A DNA stretch of 63,878 nucleotides, filler included, from Sandaracinaceae bacterium (GCA_947483975.1; 7 parts of 7 records of this genome joined end to end with filler, not necessarily neighbours in it), one strand, 5' to 3'; counted from the first letter of the whole stretch, positions 30,713-41,349 are shown. Notes: a model not told the origin generated them from the sequence alone. Program-made: numbers and translations.

Positions 30713-32281
30713 ATGACTCCTGGGATCGGCGTAGGCAGCAAGCTCCGTGACTATGAGATCGTCGCGCCGCTCCGGGTTGGCGGCATGGCGTCGCTGTACC
30801 TCGGGCGGCGCGTCGGCGTCGCCGGCTTCGCGAAGCTCGTCGCGATCAAGGTCGTGCACCCGCACCTCGCGCGCGACCCGCAGTTCGGGCGGATGTTCGT
30901 GGACGAGGCGGTGATCTCGTCGCGCATCGATCACCCGAACGTCGTGCATGTGTCGGAGCTCGGCGAGCAGGACGGCGCGTACTTCCTCGCGATGGAGTAC
31001 GTGCACGGCGTCACGCTCTCGCAGCTGCTCGCGACGCTCGGCAAGCGCGGGCGTCGCCTCTCGCCGGAGCTCGCCGTGCACATCGCGGTCCGCGTCGCCG
31101 AGGGGCTGCACGGCGCGCACGAGACGCTCGGGGACGACGGGCAGCCGCTCGGCATCGTGCACCGCGACATCAGCCCGCAGAACGTGCTGCTCTCTGCGAA
31201 TGGGCACGTGAAGCTGATCGACTTCGGCATCGCGAAGGCGCGCGGGCGCGTGCAAGAGGCGACGACGACCTCGCTCAAAGGCAAGATCCGCTACATGTCG
31301 CCCGAGCAGGCGTACGGCCGCCCGGTCGATCGGCGCACGGACGTGTACGCGCTCGCGATCGTGCTGTGGGAAATGCTCACGATGCGGCGGATGTTCAACG
31401 CGGAGAACGACTTCGCGCTGCTCGAGCTGGTCCGCCATCCGAGCCCGCAGCCGCCGAGCAACTTCCTCGAGCTCTGCACGCCGACGCTCGACGCCGCGGT
31501 GCTGCACGCGCTCGCGCCGTCGCCCAACGACCGCACGGCGACGGCCCACGAGCTGCGCCGCGAGCTCGCGGCCGCCCTGCCCGCCGCGCTCGCGCTCGAC
31601 GCGTCGAACCTCGGCGACCTGATCGGCGCGATGATGGGCGCGGAGCTCGAGGCCGAGCGCAAGGTCGTCGCGGCCGCGCTGCAGGGCGCGAGCGGCGCGG
31701 AGCTCGCGTCGTCGCGCCCGGCGGTGCCCGAGTCGATCGAGAACTACACCATGAGCGACGGGCGCATCCGGCTCATCCCCGCGAACGAGGCCGTCGCGCA
31801 GGACGACGCTCCGCCCTTGGCGGCGCCCTCGATGACGCCCTCGATGACGCCCGCGATGACCCCGGCGGTCCCGGCGCCGCCGTCGCGGCTCGGGGCCGGG
31901 CTCGGCGTCGGCGTGCTGCTGCTCGCGCTCGGCGGAGTCGGCGGCTACGTCGCGCTCAAGGTCGTACGCACGCGCCAGGGGGAGATGACCTCGACCCCGA
32001 CGGACCTCGCCCCGACCAGCCCCACGACGCCGACGGGCGCGAGCCCACCGACTCCCGTCGTCGGGACGCCCATCGCGCCGCCGCGGGTGCTGCCGCCGAC
32101 GCCTGCGCTCGCGCTGACCGACGATGCGGGTACGCCCGCGCAGCCGAGCGCGCCTGAGATCACCGCGGAGCCGACCACTCCGACCAAGCGACCGGCCATT
32201 CGGCGCCCCCGAGCCCCGGGCGCCGGGACGAAGGCGACGCCGGGCTTCGGCGTGCCGATGGCGGGCTCCTTCGACGACTGA
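30713..32281 (+). CDS. Transmembrane Hanks-type Ser/Thr kinase
   Basis: GGMASLY, VAIK, HRDISPQN, DFG, YMSPEQ; one TM and a Pro-rich tail. Confidence 0.93.
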   Translation: MTPGIGVGSKLRDYEIVAPLRVGGMASLYLGRRVGVAGFAKLVAIKVVHPHLARDPQFGRMFVDEAVISSRIDHPNVVHVSELGEQDGAYFLAMEYVHGVTLSQLLATLGKRGRRLSPELAVHIAVRVAEGLHGAHETLGDDGQPLGIVHRDISPQNVLLSANGHVKLIDFGIAKARGRVQEATTTSLKGKIRYMSPEQAYGRPVDRRTDVYALAIVLWEMLTMRRMFNAENDFALLELVRHPSPQPPSNFLELCTPTLDAAVLHALAPSPNDRTATAHELRRELAAALPAALALDASNLGDLIGAMMGAELEAERKVVAAALQGASGAELASSRPAVPESIENYTMSDGRIRLIPANEAVAQDDAPPLAAPSMTPSMTPAMTPAVPAPPSRLGAGLGVGVLLLALGGVGGYVALKVVRTRQGEMTSTPTDLAPTSPTTPTGASPPTPVVGTPIAPPRVLPPTPALALTDDAGTPAQPSAPEITAEPTTPTKRPAIRRPRAPGAGTKATPGFGVPMAGSFDD

Positions 32282-32315
32282 GGATCCCGCGCGGAGCTGT
32301 GATAGCTTCGCCGCG

Positions 32316-33182
32316 ATGTCTTTCTCGCTCCGCACCCGAGTCTGCTTCACCGCTCTGCTGTTCGTGCTCTGCCTCGCGCCGGTCAGCCTCGCGGCCGCGC
32401 AGCACGCGCCCTCCGCCAACGAGACTGCCCTCGCTCGCCAGGAGTTCGACGCGGGGATGCTCGCCGCCCGCGACACTCGGTGGGAGGAAGCGCGGCAGCA
32501 CTTCACGCGCTCCTACGAGCTCGCGCCGCGCCCCGTGACGCTGCTCAATCTCGCGGGTGCCCAAGCGCAGACAGGTCAGCTCGTCGCGGCGAGCGAGAGC
32601 TACCGAAGCTTCATGTCGACGGCGAGCGCGCGGGACGCCGAGCGCTACCGCACGCAGGCCGAGCAAGCGCTGACGGCGCTGCAGGCGCGCTTTGGGCACG
32701 CCGAGGTACGCATCGACGGGCTCGCCGAGCAGGACGAGGTGCGCCTCGACGACGCGCCGCTCTCCCGCGCGAGCCTCTCGCTCGCGATGCCGCTCGACCC
32801 CGGGGCGCACGTCGTCACCGTGCAGCGGCGCGGCGCCGAGATCGGACGAGCGGCGTTCGACGTCACCGAGGGCACCACGAGCGCCGTGCGCGTCGCGGTC
32901 CGCGCGCCCCCTCCCTCCGCGGAAGATACCGCGCGCGAGGCGAATGGCGCCCCCGTCGACGCCGCCGCCACGGGCGACGCCGCGCTGCGCGTCGGCGCCG
33001 CGCCAGCGACGCACGCCGACGAGGACAGCGGCGGTGGCGTGTTCTCGTCTCCTTGGTTCTGGCTGGTCACCGGCGTCGTCGTCGCTGGCGCAGCGACCGC
33101 CGTCATCGTCGTGACGACGAGCGGCAGCGCGCCGGACCCGTTTCAGGGCACGCTGATGCCCGGCTCGATCGTCGTCGAGTAG
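32316..33182 (+). CDS. TPR plus PEGA-like exported protein
   Basis: Signal peptide, TPR helices, PLDPGAHVVTV, C-terminal SPWFW hydrophobic segment. Confidence 0.8.
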   Translation: MSFSLRTRVCFTALLFVLCLAPVSLAAAQHAPSANETALARQEFDAGMLAARDTRWEEARQHFTRSYELAPRPVTLLNLAGAQAQTGQLVAASESYRSFMSTASARDAERYRTQAEQALTALQARFGHAEVRIDGLAEQDEVRLDDAPLSRASLSLAMPLDPGAHVVTVQRRGAEIGRAAFDVTEGTTSAVRVAVRAPPPSAEDTAREANGAPVDAAATGDAALRVGAAPATHADEDSGGGVFSSPWFWLVTGVVVAGAATAVIVVTTSGSAPDPFQGTLMPGSIVVE

Positions 33183-33436
33183 CGACCCGACGACGCCTCG
33201 TCGCGGCGGGCGCCGCGCGGAGTCCCGTCCTCGCGCGGATTCGGCTGCACCTGCGGCGCGCCCTCGTGCTCGCGACCAGGCCGCTGCTGCGCGGAGGCGG
33301 ACGCAGGAAGCGCGAACAACAGGCTCGCGGCGAGCGACGCGAGGATGAGCGGACGGAGGTTCATGCGTGGCGCCTCGCGGGGGGTCCGAGGCGCCCGCGT
33401 TGGCCCGACTCGCGGATTCCTTCGTGCGTCTCGTGA

Positions 33437-33695
33437 CTACAGACACGGGCGCCCACGCGTTGCTTCTGCCGAAGTCCGACCAAGTCCGAAGGCGGCGCGC
33501 GCGGGGTCAGGGTCGCAGCGGATCGCAGCGCCCGAGCCTCCGCACACGGCGCCCGGCGGACACAGATAGGCGCCCGTCGCGCACCGCGCCGGCCGTGGGG
33601 AACGGGATGCACGCGACGCGGTGCTCCTCCGAGCACGCGGCCATCGCCTCGAGGAGCGCAACGAGCGCGAGAGAGCGAACAAGAAGGATGCGCAC
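33437..33695 (-). pseudogene. Small Cys-rich lipoprotein, apparently frameshifted
   Basis: AGGAG RBS, GTG start, lipobox MAAC. The Cys-rich continuation RCATGAYLCPPGAVCGG is in another frame after ~33588. Confidence 0.4.
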
Positions 33696-33779
33696 GGGGG
33701 CTCCTGTGCCGAGCTGTGTCGCGCTGCTCCATCCGCGGCTCTGCCTAGCGTGTGGAGCCCGCAGTGTGCCTGGAGCCCC

Positions 33780-35138
33780 TCAGGTCACGCCGTAGTCCTT
33801 GATCTTGTAGAGCAGCGCGCGATGGCTGATCTCGAGCAGCTTCGCCGCCGCCGTGCGGTTGCCGCGCGTCTTGTCGAGCGCGCGCCGGATCAGCGTCTCT
33901 TCGATCACGCGCGTCGTCTTCTTGATGCTGAGCTCGCCCGTGTCGAGCGTCGCCTGCACGGCGTCCTTCGGCGAGCGCAGCCGCTCGGGCAGGTCGGTGT
34001 CGTCGAGCGCCTCGCCCTCCGCGAGCACGACGCTGCGCTCGATCGCGTTCTCGAGCTCGCGCACGTTGCCCGGCCACGGATAGTCGAGCAGCAGCTTGTG
34101 CGCGCGCGGCGTCACGCTGCGCACCTTCGTGCCGAGGCGCGCGTTGTTCTTCACGAGGAAGTGCTCGACGAGCAGCGGCACATCCTCGCGACGCTCTCTC
34201 AAAGGCGGCACGCGCAGCGGCAGCACGTTGATGCGGTAGTAGAGGTCCTCGCGGAACCGCCCCTCCTTCACCTCGAGCCCGAGGTCGCGCACCGTCGCCG
34301 CGACGACGCGCACATCGACCTTGAGGTCGCGAGTGTCGCCGAGCCGACGGATCGTGCCCTCTTGCAGCGCGCGCAGCAGCTTCACCTGCAGCGCGAGCGG
34401 CAGCTCGCCGATCTCGTCGAGGAAGAGCGTCCCGCCGTCCGCCTCCTCGAAGAGCCCGCGCTTGTCGCTCGACGCGTCGGTGAACGCGCCGCGCTTGTGC
34501 CCGAAGAGCTCGCTCTCGAGCAGCGTGCCGGGGATCGCGCCGCAGTTCACCGCGACGAACGCCTTGTGCGCGCGAGGCGAGCGGTCGTGCAGCGCCCGCG
34601 CGACGAGCTCTTTGCCGGTGCCGCTCTCGCCCTCGATCAGCACCGTCGTCTTGTACTCGGCGACCTTCTCGAGCGTGCGGAACACCGCGCGGATCTTCTC
34701 GCTCTTGCCGGTCATCCCGCTGAAGGTGCTGTCGAGCGAGAGCACGTCGCGGAGCGCGCGGTTCTCGCGGCGCAGCGACTCACGCTCCTCCGCCTTGCGC
34801 AGCACGAGCAGCACCTCGTCCTGCTTGAACGGCTTCGGGAAGTAGTCGTACGCGCCCGCCTTCATCCCCTCGATCGCGAGGTCGATCGAGCCATACGCGC
34901 TCATCAAGATGACGACCGAGGGCACCCCGCGCGCGCGCAACGCCGCGGTGAGCTCGAGCCCGCTCATCCCCGGCATCCGCACATCGGTGATGACGAAGTC
35001 CGGCGCGAGCGCGTCGACCTTCTCGAGCGCCTCCTCGGCGCTCGCCGCCGTCTCTACGTCGTAGCCCTGCTTGCGGAGGAAAGTCCGCAGCACGAGCCGC
35101 AGGCTCTCCTCGTCGTCCACCACCAGCACGCGTGACAT
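33780..35138 (-). CDS. Sigma-54-dependent response regulator (NtrC/AtoC family)
   Basis: REC, GESGTGKE, GAFTDA, FLDEIGE, C-terminal Fis HTH. Confidence 0.95.
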   Translation of the reverse strand: MSRVLVVDDEESLRLVLRTFLRKQGYDVETAASAEEALEKVDALAPDFVITDVRMPGMSGLELTAALRARGVPSVVILMSAYGSIDLAIEGMKAGAYDYFPKPFKQDEVLLVLRKAEERESLRRENRALRDVLSLDSTFSGMTGKSEKIRAVFRTLEKVAEYKTTVLIEGESGTGKELVARALHDRSPRAHKAFVAVNCGAIPGTLLESELFGHKRGAFTDASSDKRGLFEEADGGTLFLDEIGELPLALQVKLLRALQEGTIRRLGDTRDLKVDVRVVAATVRDLGLEVKEGRFREDLYYRINVLPLRVPPLRERREDVPLLVEHFLVKNNARLGTKVRSVTPRAHKLLLDYPWPGNVRELENAIERSVVLAEGEALDDTDLPERLRSPKDAVQATLDTGELSIKKTTRVIEETLIRRALDKTRGNRTAAAKLLEISHRALLYKIKDYGVT

Positions 35139-35234
35139 CGGGCGGGATCGTAGCCCGCTTCGGAAATCCGCGCGCCTTTGGGCGACACACCTCTGAGCAG
35201 CGCAGGCAGGAGCCGAGCGCAAAGGAGGCTCGCC

Positions 35235-36983
35235 ATGACCCCATCACGCACGTTCTGCGGTCGCACGGCTGCGTCCGCTCGCCTCGGTCTCGCAGGGCTC
35301 ACCGCCGCGCTCGCCCTCACGGGCTGCCTCGACCGCGAGCTGCGACCGCTCGTGCCTTGCGTCTCGCAGGGCTTCGTCGAGTCGATCGAGGCGAACGGGA
35401 TCAACCAGGTCGACCTCCTCTTCGTCGTCGACGACTCGTTCTCGATGGAGCAGGAGCAGCGCTCGCTCGTCCAAGAGCTCCCGCGCCTCGTGCAGATCCT
35501 CGCGTCGGGCGACGAGCTGCTCGACGGCACGCGGAACTTCCCGCCCGTCGCCGACATGCACGTCGCCGTCGTCGGCACGGATATGGGCTTCGGCGGCTTC
35601 ACGGCGGACAGCGCCGCCTGCGACGACGCGCGCGACTTCGGGGACGACGGGCTCTTCCGCGTCAGCGGTCGAGGCGACGGCTGCGCGGCGAGCTACCCGG
35701 CGGTGCAGTCGTTCTCGCGCGACGAAGACGGCGCGGACCCTGCGGCGTTCGCGGAGGGCGTCGGCTGCGTCGCGAACCTCGGCACAGGCGGCTGCGGGCT
35801 CGAGCAGCAGCTCGAGGCGATGCTCAAGTCCGTCACGCCCGCGGGCAGCGGCGTGCGCTTCTTCTCGAACACCGCGGGCCACGGCGGCGCGGGGCCGAAC
35901 GCCGGCTTTCTGCGCGACGACTCGCTGCTCGTCGTGGTGCTGGTCAGCGACGAGGACGACTGCTCGACGAGCGACCGCGCGCTCCTCGATCCGCACGACG
36001 GCACCTACAGGGGCGTGCCCAACGTGCGCTGCCAGCTCAACCCGGGCGCGCTGCTGCCCGTCGCGCGCTACGCGGAGGGCCTCCGCGCGCTCCGAGCGGG
36101 GCGTGAAGAGCGGCTCGTGTTCGCCGCGATCACCGGCGTGCCCACCGACCTCGTCGGCCGCACCCCGACCGAGATCCTCGCCGACGAGCGCATGACCGTG
36201 CGGCTGACCGCCGATGGCCGCGACGTCGAGCCGGCGTGCACCTCCCGCAACGGCGACGGCAGCGACCGCGGCAAGGCGGCGCCGGGGCGGCGCTTCGTGG
36301 AGCTCGCGGCGGCGCTCGGCGAGCAGGGGATCGTGCAGTCGATCTGCCAAGAGAGCTTCGAGCCCGCGATCGACCAGGTGATCCGCCGCATCGGCAACGT
36401 GCTCAGCCAGGTCTGCCTGCCGCGCCGCCTCAACCCCGACGCGACCGGCCTCGTCGACTGTGACGTCGTCGAGGTGCTCTCGCCGCCGGGCACGCACCCC
36501 GAGCAGCCGAGCTCCTGCGCGGACCTCGCCGGCGCCAACCCGACGCCGCGCCGCATCAACCCCGACGGCTCGATCGAGTGCGAGATGCTCCAGCGCGCGA
36601 GCGCCGGCGGGACGCCCTCGGAGCCCGGCTGGTACTACGACGATCGCTCCGCCGCGACCGACGGCGCGTGCGCCGGCACGCAGCGCATCGCCTTCACCGC
36701 CGACGCCACCCCGCCGAACGGCGTGCGCGTCAGCCTCGAGTGCCTGCAGCGCATCCAGGGCTCGGGCGGCGGCACCAGCGCCGCGGTCGAGGTCGGCTCG
36801 TTCTGTGACCCGAGCAGCCCCGACCTCCACGCCAACCCCTGCGACGCCGCCGGGCTCTTCTGTGAGCCCGACTCGCGCACCTGTCAGCTGCCGTGCGCCA
36901 CCGACGCGGACTGCCCTTCGTCGCTCCTCTGCGACACGCTCTCCGGCGCGGGCTTCTGCCGCAACGCCATCTGCGGCGACTGA
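35235..36983 (+). CDS. VWA-like Cys-rich lipoprotein
   Basis: AAGGAGG RBS, lipobox LTGC, MIDAS-like VDDSFSM, VSDEDD, Cys-rich C-terminus. Confidence 0.85.
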   Translation: MTPSRTFCGRTAASARLGLAGLTAALALTGCLDRELRPLVPCVSQGFVESIEANGINQVDLLFVVDDSFSMEQEQRSLVQELPRLVQILASGDELLDGTRNFPPVADMHVAVVGTDMGFGGFTADSAACDDARDFGDDGLFRVSGRGDGCAASYPAVQSFSRDEDGADPAAFAEGVGCVANLGTGGCGLEQQLEAMLKSVTPAGSGVRFFSNTAGHGGAGPNAGFLRDDSLLVVVLVSDEDDCSTSDRALLDPHDGTYRGVPNVRCQLNPGALLPVARYAEGLRALRAGREERLVFAAITGVPTDLVGRTPTEILADERMTVRLTADGRDVEPACTSRNGDGSDRGKAAPGRRFVELAAALGEQGIVQSICQESFEPAIDQVIRRIGNVLSQVCLPRRLNPDATGLVDCDVVEVLSPPGTHPEQPSSCADLAGANPTPRRINPDGSIECEMLQRASAGGTPSEPGWYYDDRSAATDGACAGTQRIAFTADATPPNGVRVSLECLQRIQGSGGGTSAAVEVGSFCDPSSPDLHANPCDAAGLFCEPDSRTCQLPCATDADCPSSLLCDTLSGAGFCRNAICGD

Positions 36984-37129
36984 GGCCCCGCCCAAGCGGC
37001 CGAGCAAGCCGCCGAGCAGGCGGCCGGTCGCCAACTTCGTTGTCGCCCTCCGCCAACTACATTGGGAGAAGCTCAACCTCGGTCGGCCGAAGGGCCCGCG
37101 TTTTGAAGGGAATCCCGCAGGCCGCGCGG

Positions 37130-37145
37130 CGGCACGCAACCTGCT
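37130..37145 (+). promoter_or_regulatory. Sigma-54 -24/-12 promoter
   Basis: CGGCACGCAACCTGCT; GG at 37131, GC at 37143. Confidence 0.55.
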
Positions 37146-37281
37146 CTAGAGACTCACGGACGTCCACGGACACCATTGCGGGAGCGAGGCCGCCTCGTGT
37201 AACCTGCCGGCTCGCAATCCGCCTCCCCCACCCCACGCGGGCCATCGCGCGCGCGGGACCTGGGCCGAGGCTCTCGGAGGA

Positions 37282-37585
37282 ATGATGAAGCGGAATCTCG
37301 GTTCGGTTCGGCAGTCCCCAGTCGCTCGGGTCACCCGGCACGCCGCGCTCGTCGGCAGCGTGCTCTTGGCCGCCGGCCTCGCCACGACGGGCTGCCTCGA
37401 CCGCGAGCTGCGGCCGCTCGTGCCGTGCGTCTCGCAGGGCTTCGTCGAGTCCGTGCAGCAGAACGCCGTCGACAAGGTCGACCTGCTGTTCATGGTCGAC
37501 AACTCCGGCTCGATGAGCGAGGAGCAGGCGTCGCTCGGCTCCGAGCTGCCGCGCCTCGTCACCGTCCTGACGACCGGCGACCGCA
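37282..37585 (+). CDS. Second VWA-like lipoprotein paralog, truncated by contig end
   Basis: TGCLDRELRPLVPCVSQGFVES is identical to the upstream gene; VDNSGSM. Confidence 0.85.
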
Positions 37586-37685
37586 NNNNNNNNNNNNNNN
37601 NNNNNNNNNNNNNNNNNNNNNNNNNNNNNTTAATTAATTAANNNNNNNNNNNNNNNNNNNNNNNNNNNNNNNNNNNNNNNNNNNN
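37586..37685. other. Artificial contig linker
   Basis: N44-TTAATTAATTAA-N44. Confidence 0.99.
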
Positions 37686-37688
37686 CGC

Positions 37689-39251
37689 GTGAGGCTCGTT
37701 CGCGTGAACCTCGGCCGCGCGGCGCTGCTCGCCTGCACGCTCGGCGCGCTCGCCCTCGGCTGCGGCGGCGAGCGCGCGAGCACCGACGCGCGCCCCGACG
37801 ACGCGCTCGTGGTCGTGCTGCCGCAGGACGTCGAGCAGCTCGACCCGCGCAAGGTCGGCGACGCGTATGGGCTCAAGGTCTCACGCTTGATCTTCGCGTC
37901 GCTCGTGACGATCGATCCGCGCACGCTCGAGGTCGTCCCCGAGCTCGCTGAGCGCGTCGAGGTCGAGTCGCCGGTGCGCTACCGCGTGACGCTGCGCGCC
38001 GGGCTGCGCTTCTCGGACGGCACTGCGCTCGACACCGAGGACGTGCGCGCGACGTTCCGCAGCATCGTCGACCCCGCGATCGGCAGCCGCTTCGCCAAGA
38101 ATTATCAGCGCATCGCCCGGCTCGAGGTCGTCGACGCGCGGACCATCGTCTTCGAGCTCGACGCGCCGCACGCCACCTTCCTGACCGACCTCGAGGTGCC
38201 GATCCTGCGCGCCGAGGACGCGCATCACGCCGTCGGCGTGCCCGGCGGCGCGGAGCCCATCGGCGCGGGGCCGTACCGCCTCGTCTCGCGCACGCCGGGC
38301 CACCTCGAGCTGCGCGCGAACCCGCGCTGGCTCCACGGCGCGCCGCACTTTCCGCACGTGCGCATGGTCGTCGTGCGCGACGACAACACGCGGGCGCTGC
38401 GGCTGCTCGCGGGGAAGGGCGACCTCGCGCTCAACGCGATCCCGCCGCTGCTCGTGCCGATGTTTCAAGGCGATGCGCGCTTCCACGTCCACACCGCGCG
38501 CGGCATCGGCACGACGTACCTCGGCACGAACCTCGACGCGCCTGCGCTCCGCGACGTGCGCGTGCGCCGCGCCATCGCCTACGCGATCGACCGCGCGCTG
38601 CTCGTGCGCACGAAGCTCGGCGGTCGGGCTCAGCTCGCGCGCGGCCTCGTGCCGACCGGCTCGTGGGCCTACGACGACGACGTCGCGACCTATCCGTACG
38701 ACCCGGCGCGTGCGCGCGCGCTGCTCGACGAGGCGGGCCTCCGTGACCCTGACGGCGCGGGCCCCGCGCCCCGCCTTCGCCTCACGCTCCGCACGAGCAC
38801 CGACCGCTTCCGTCAGTCGATCGCGCGCGCCATCGCCGCGATGCTCGCCGAGGTCGGCATCGCCGTCGAGGTGCGCCCGAGCGAGCTAGCGACGCTGATC
38901 GCCGACCTCGACGCGGGGCGCTTCGAGCTCTCGACCCTGCAGCTCCCCGAGGTGCTCGAGCCGCACGTGCTCGCGTGGTTCTTCACGAGCGAGCACATCC
39001 CCGGCGAAGGGCGCGAAGGCGCGAACCGTTGGCGCATGCGCGACGCCGTGCTCGACGCCGCCTTCGAGCGCGGGCGCGCGACGAACGTGCGCGCCGAGCG
39101 CGTCGCCGCCTACCGCGACGTGCAGCGCATCCTCGCTGAGCAACTCCCCGTGATCCCGCTGTGGCACGAGGACGTCGTCGCCATCACCGACGCGCGCGCA
39201 GCGGCGTTCGACGTGCCGCGCGACGGGCGGTTCGCGACGCTCGCGCGGTAG
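37689..39251 (+). CDS. ABC peptide/nickel substrate-binding lipoprotein (family 5)
   Basis: Lipobox ALGC; LDP, PELAE, FSDG, GAGPY, VRRAIAYAIDR, YDPARARALL. Confidence 0.93.
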   Translation: MRLVRVNLGRAALLACTLGALALGCGGERASTDARPDDALVVVLPQDVEQLDPRKVGDAYGLKVSRLIFASLVTIDPRTLEVVPELAERVEVESPVRYRVTLRAGLRFSDGTALDTEDVRATFRSIVDPAIGSRFAKNYQRIARLEVVDARTIVFELDAPHATFLTDLEVPILRAEDAHHAVGVPGGAEPIGAGPYRLVSRTPGHLELRANPRWLHGAPHFPHVRMVVVRDDNTRALRLLAGKGDLALNAIPPLLVPMFQGDARFHVHTARGIGTTYLGTNLDAPALRDVRVRRAIAYAIDRALLVRTKLGGRAQLARGLVPTGSWAYDDDVATYPYDPARARALLDEAGLRDPDGAGPAPRLRLTLRTSTDRFRQSIARAIAAMLAEVGIAVEVRPSELATLIADLDAGRFELSTLQLPEVLEPHVLAWFFTSEHIPGEGREGANRWRMRDAVLDAAFERGRATNVRAERVAAYRDVQRILAEQLPVIPLWHEDVVAITDARAAAFDVPRDGRFATLAR

Positions 39252-39359
39252 ACCCCGGACAGCTCCAGCCGCAGCCGGCTCGAGACTCCGCGGACTCGTC
39301 ACATCGCGCACGACACGGCGCGCGATGTGACCACGTCCCTCGGTCCGCGCTCTACGCTC

Positions 39360-39956
39360 TTACAACCGCCCGTCGACGGCGTCCCAGCTCACGTTCGCGA
39401 AGAAGTCCTCGAGGTACTTCGCGCGCTCGGTGGGCTTGAGGTAGACGCTCCACGCGTGCTCCCAGAGGTCGAGCACGAGGATCGGCTTGCAGCCCGCGGG
39501 GTGACCGACGTCGTGGCGGTCGATCCAGTAATTGTCGAACTGGTTGCGCGACGCGTCGTAGTACGTGACCGCCCAGCCCACGCCCGGCATCTTCGCGGTG
39601 CCGAGGAAGTCCGCCTTCCACGCGTCGAAGTCGCCGAACTGGTGGCTCACGGCCGCGGCGAACTTCGAGTCCTTGCCGTTGCCCTTGCCGCCGGGCGTGA
39701 GGTTGTCGAAGTAGTACTCGTGCAGGAGCACGCCGTTGTGCTCCCAGCCCGCGCGCCGCTTGAGCTCCTGATACTCCGCCGTGCCGGACTTGCCCTCGGC
39801 GAGCATCGCCGTGACCGTCTCGTTCAGCTTGTTCGAGCGGTTCACGTAGCCCGTGTAGAGCGCGAGATGGACCGTCATCTGATCATCGCTGATCGTCTGA
39901 AGTCCCTTGAGCGCTGAATAGTCCTTCGCCACGTACTTCGTCGGGGTCCACGTCAT
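39360..39956 (-). CDS. Fe/Mn superoxide dismutase (ChrC-like subgroup)
   Basis: HLALYTGYV, LHEYYF, GVGWA, DLWEHAW. Confidence 0.9.
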   Translation of the reverse strand: MTWTPTKYVAKDYSALKGLQTISDDQMTVHLALYTGYVNRSNKLNETVTAMLAEGKSGTAEYQELKRRAGWEHNGVLLHEYYFDNLTPGGKGNGKDSKFAAAVSHQFGDFDAWKADFLGTAKMPGVGWAVTYYDASRNQFDNYWIDRHDVGHPAGCKPILVLDLWEHAWSVYLKPTERAKYLEDFFANVSWDAVDGRL

Positions 39957-40041
39957 GGTCTCGTCCTCCGGTGCCCTGTAGTGGGGCCGGGAACCTAGCA
40001 TGGGAAGCCCCCCGGTCCGGGGGCTGCTACGGTCCGCCGCG

Positions 40042-41349
40042 ATGATCCTCCGCGATCCTGTGCACGGGTTGGTCGCCTTCGAGGGCTTGGCCGAAGCCGT
40101 CGTCGCGCCTCTGCTCGACACGCGCGAGGTGCAACGCCTCCGCCGCGTGCGGCAGCTAGGCCTCACCTCGCTCGTATTTCCTGGCGCCGAGCACTCGCGC
40201 TTCGCCCACGCGCTCGGCGCCGCGCACGTGATGGTGCGCCTGCTCGGGCGCCTCGCGGAGGTGCAGCACGAGCTCCCGCCGGAGGAGCGCCTCGACGACG
40301 AAGCGCGGCGCGACGCCATCGCCGCCGCGCTCTTGCACGACCTCGGGCATGGCCCGTTCTCGCACCTCTTCGAGGAGGTCATGCCCGGCGCCCGCCACCA
40401 CGAGGAGTGGAGCGTCGACACGGTGCGCGACCCCTCGACCGATGTGCACGCCGTGCTCGCGCGCCTCGATCCGGCGATGCCCGAGCGCGTCGCGGGGCTG
40501 CTCGAGGGGCAGTATCGCCTGGGCTATCTCGCGCGCGCCGTCAGCGGCACGCTCGACGTCGATCGCTGCGACTATCTGCTGCGCGACAGCCATATGACGG
40601 GCGTGCGCTACGGCATCTACGACCTCGACTGGCTGCTGCGCGCGCTCGCGTTTGGGCGCGCGCCGAGCGGGGAGCGCGTGCTCGCCATCGAAGGTCGCAA
40701 AGGGCTGCCGCCCATCGAGGGCTTCTTCCTCGCGCGGCACTTCATGTTTCAGCAGGTCTATCACCACAAGGCCACGCGCGCGGCCGAGGGGCTGATCCGC
40801 GGGCTCTTCCTGCGCCTCGGCGAGCTCGTGCGCGACGGCGCGACGCCGCGCGGCACGCCCGCGGCGATGGCGTCGGCGGCTCGCGGTGAGCCCGTCTCGC
40901 TCGGCGCGTACCTCGCGCTCGACGACTCCGTGCTCCTGACCACGTTCTCGCAGTGGGCGGAGTCCGACGACGTCATCCTGCGTGACCTCGCGCGCGACGT
41001 CGTCGTGCGGCGCTTGCCGAAGACGCTACCGCTCCCCGAGGAGCCCGGCTCTGAGCCCCGCTGGCACGAGGCGCTCGCCCGCGCCCGCGAGATCGCGTCG
41101 AGCCGCGGGTTTCGCGCCGACCTCACGGTGTTCCTCGATGTGCCGCGCGAGACGCCCTACGAGGAGCCCGCCGACGACTCCGCCGATGGGCTCTGGGTCG
41201 TGCTCCGCCATCAGCCGGTGCGCCGCCTCGGCGATGTGTCCTTCCTGCTCGGGCAGCTGCGCAACGCGCACGCCGTTCGCCCGCGGCTCGTGTTCCCCGC
41301 AGAGCTTCGAGACGAGGTCGTCGCTGCAGTCAGTGGAGTGCTCGCGTGA
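40042..41349 (+). CDS. HD-domain phosphohydrolase (YwfO/SAMHD1-like)
   Basis: RDPVHG, QRLRRVRQLG, HSRFAHALG, LHDLGHGPFSH, DVDRCDYLLRD. Confidence 0.93.
   Translation: MILRDPVHGLVAFEGLAEAVVAPLLDTREVQRLRRVRQLGLTSLVFPGAEHSRFAHALGAAHVMVRLLGRLAEVQHELPPEERLDDEARRDAIAAALLHDLGHGPFSHLFEEVMPGARHHEEWSVDTVRDPSTDVHAVLARLDPAMPERVAGLLEGQYRLGYLARAVSGTLDVDRCDYLLRDSHMTGVRYGIYDLDWLLRALAFGRAPSGERVLAIEGRKGLPPIEGFFLARHFMFQQVYHHKATRAAEGLIRGLFLRLGELVRDGATPRGTPAAMASAARGEPVSLGAYLALDDSVLLTTFSQWAESDDVILRDLARDVVVRRLPKTLPLPEEPGSEPRWHEALARAREIASSRGFRADLTVFLDVPRETPYEEPADDSADGLWVVLRHQPVRRLGDVSFLLGQLRNAHAVRPRLVFPAELRDEVVAAVSGVLA

Noticed and set aside
29396..32506. 1036-aa ORF
   Set aside because: Only 29396-30592 is a plausible gene; the rest is antisense to the kinase.
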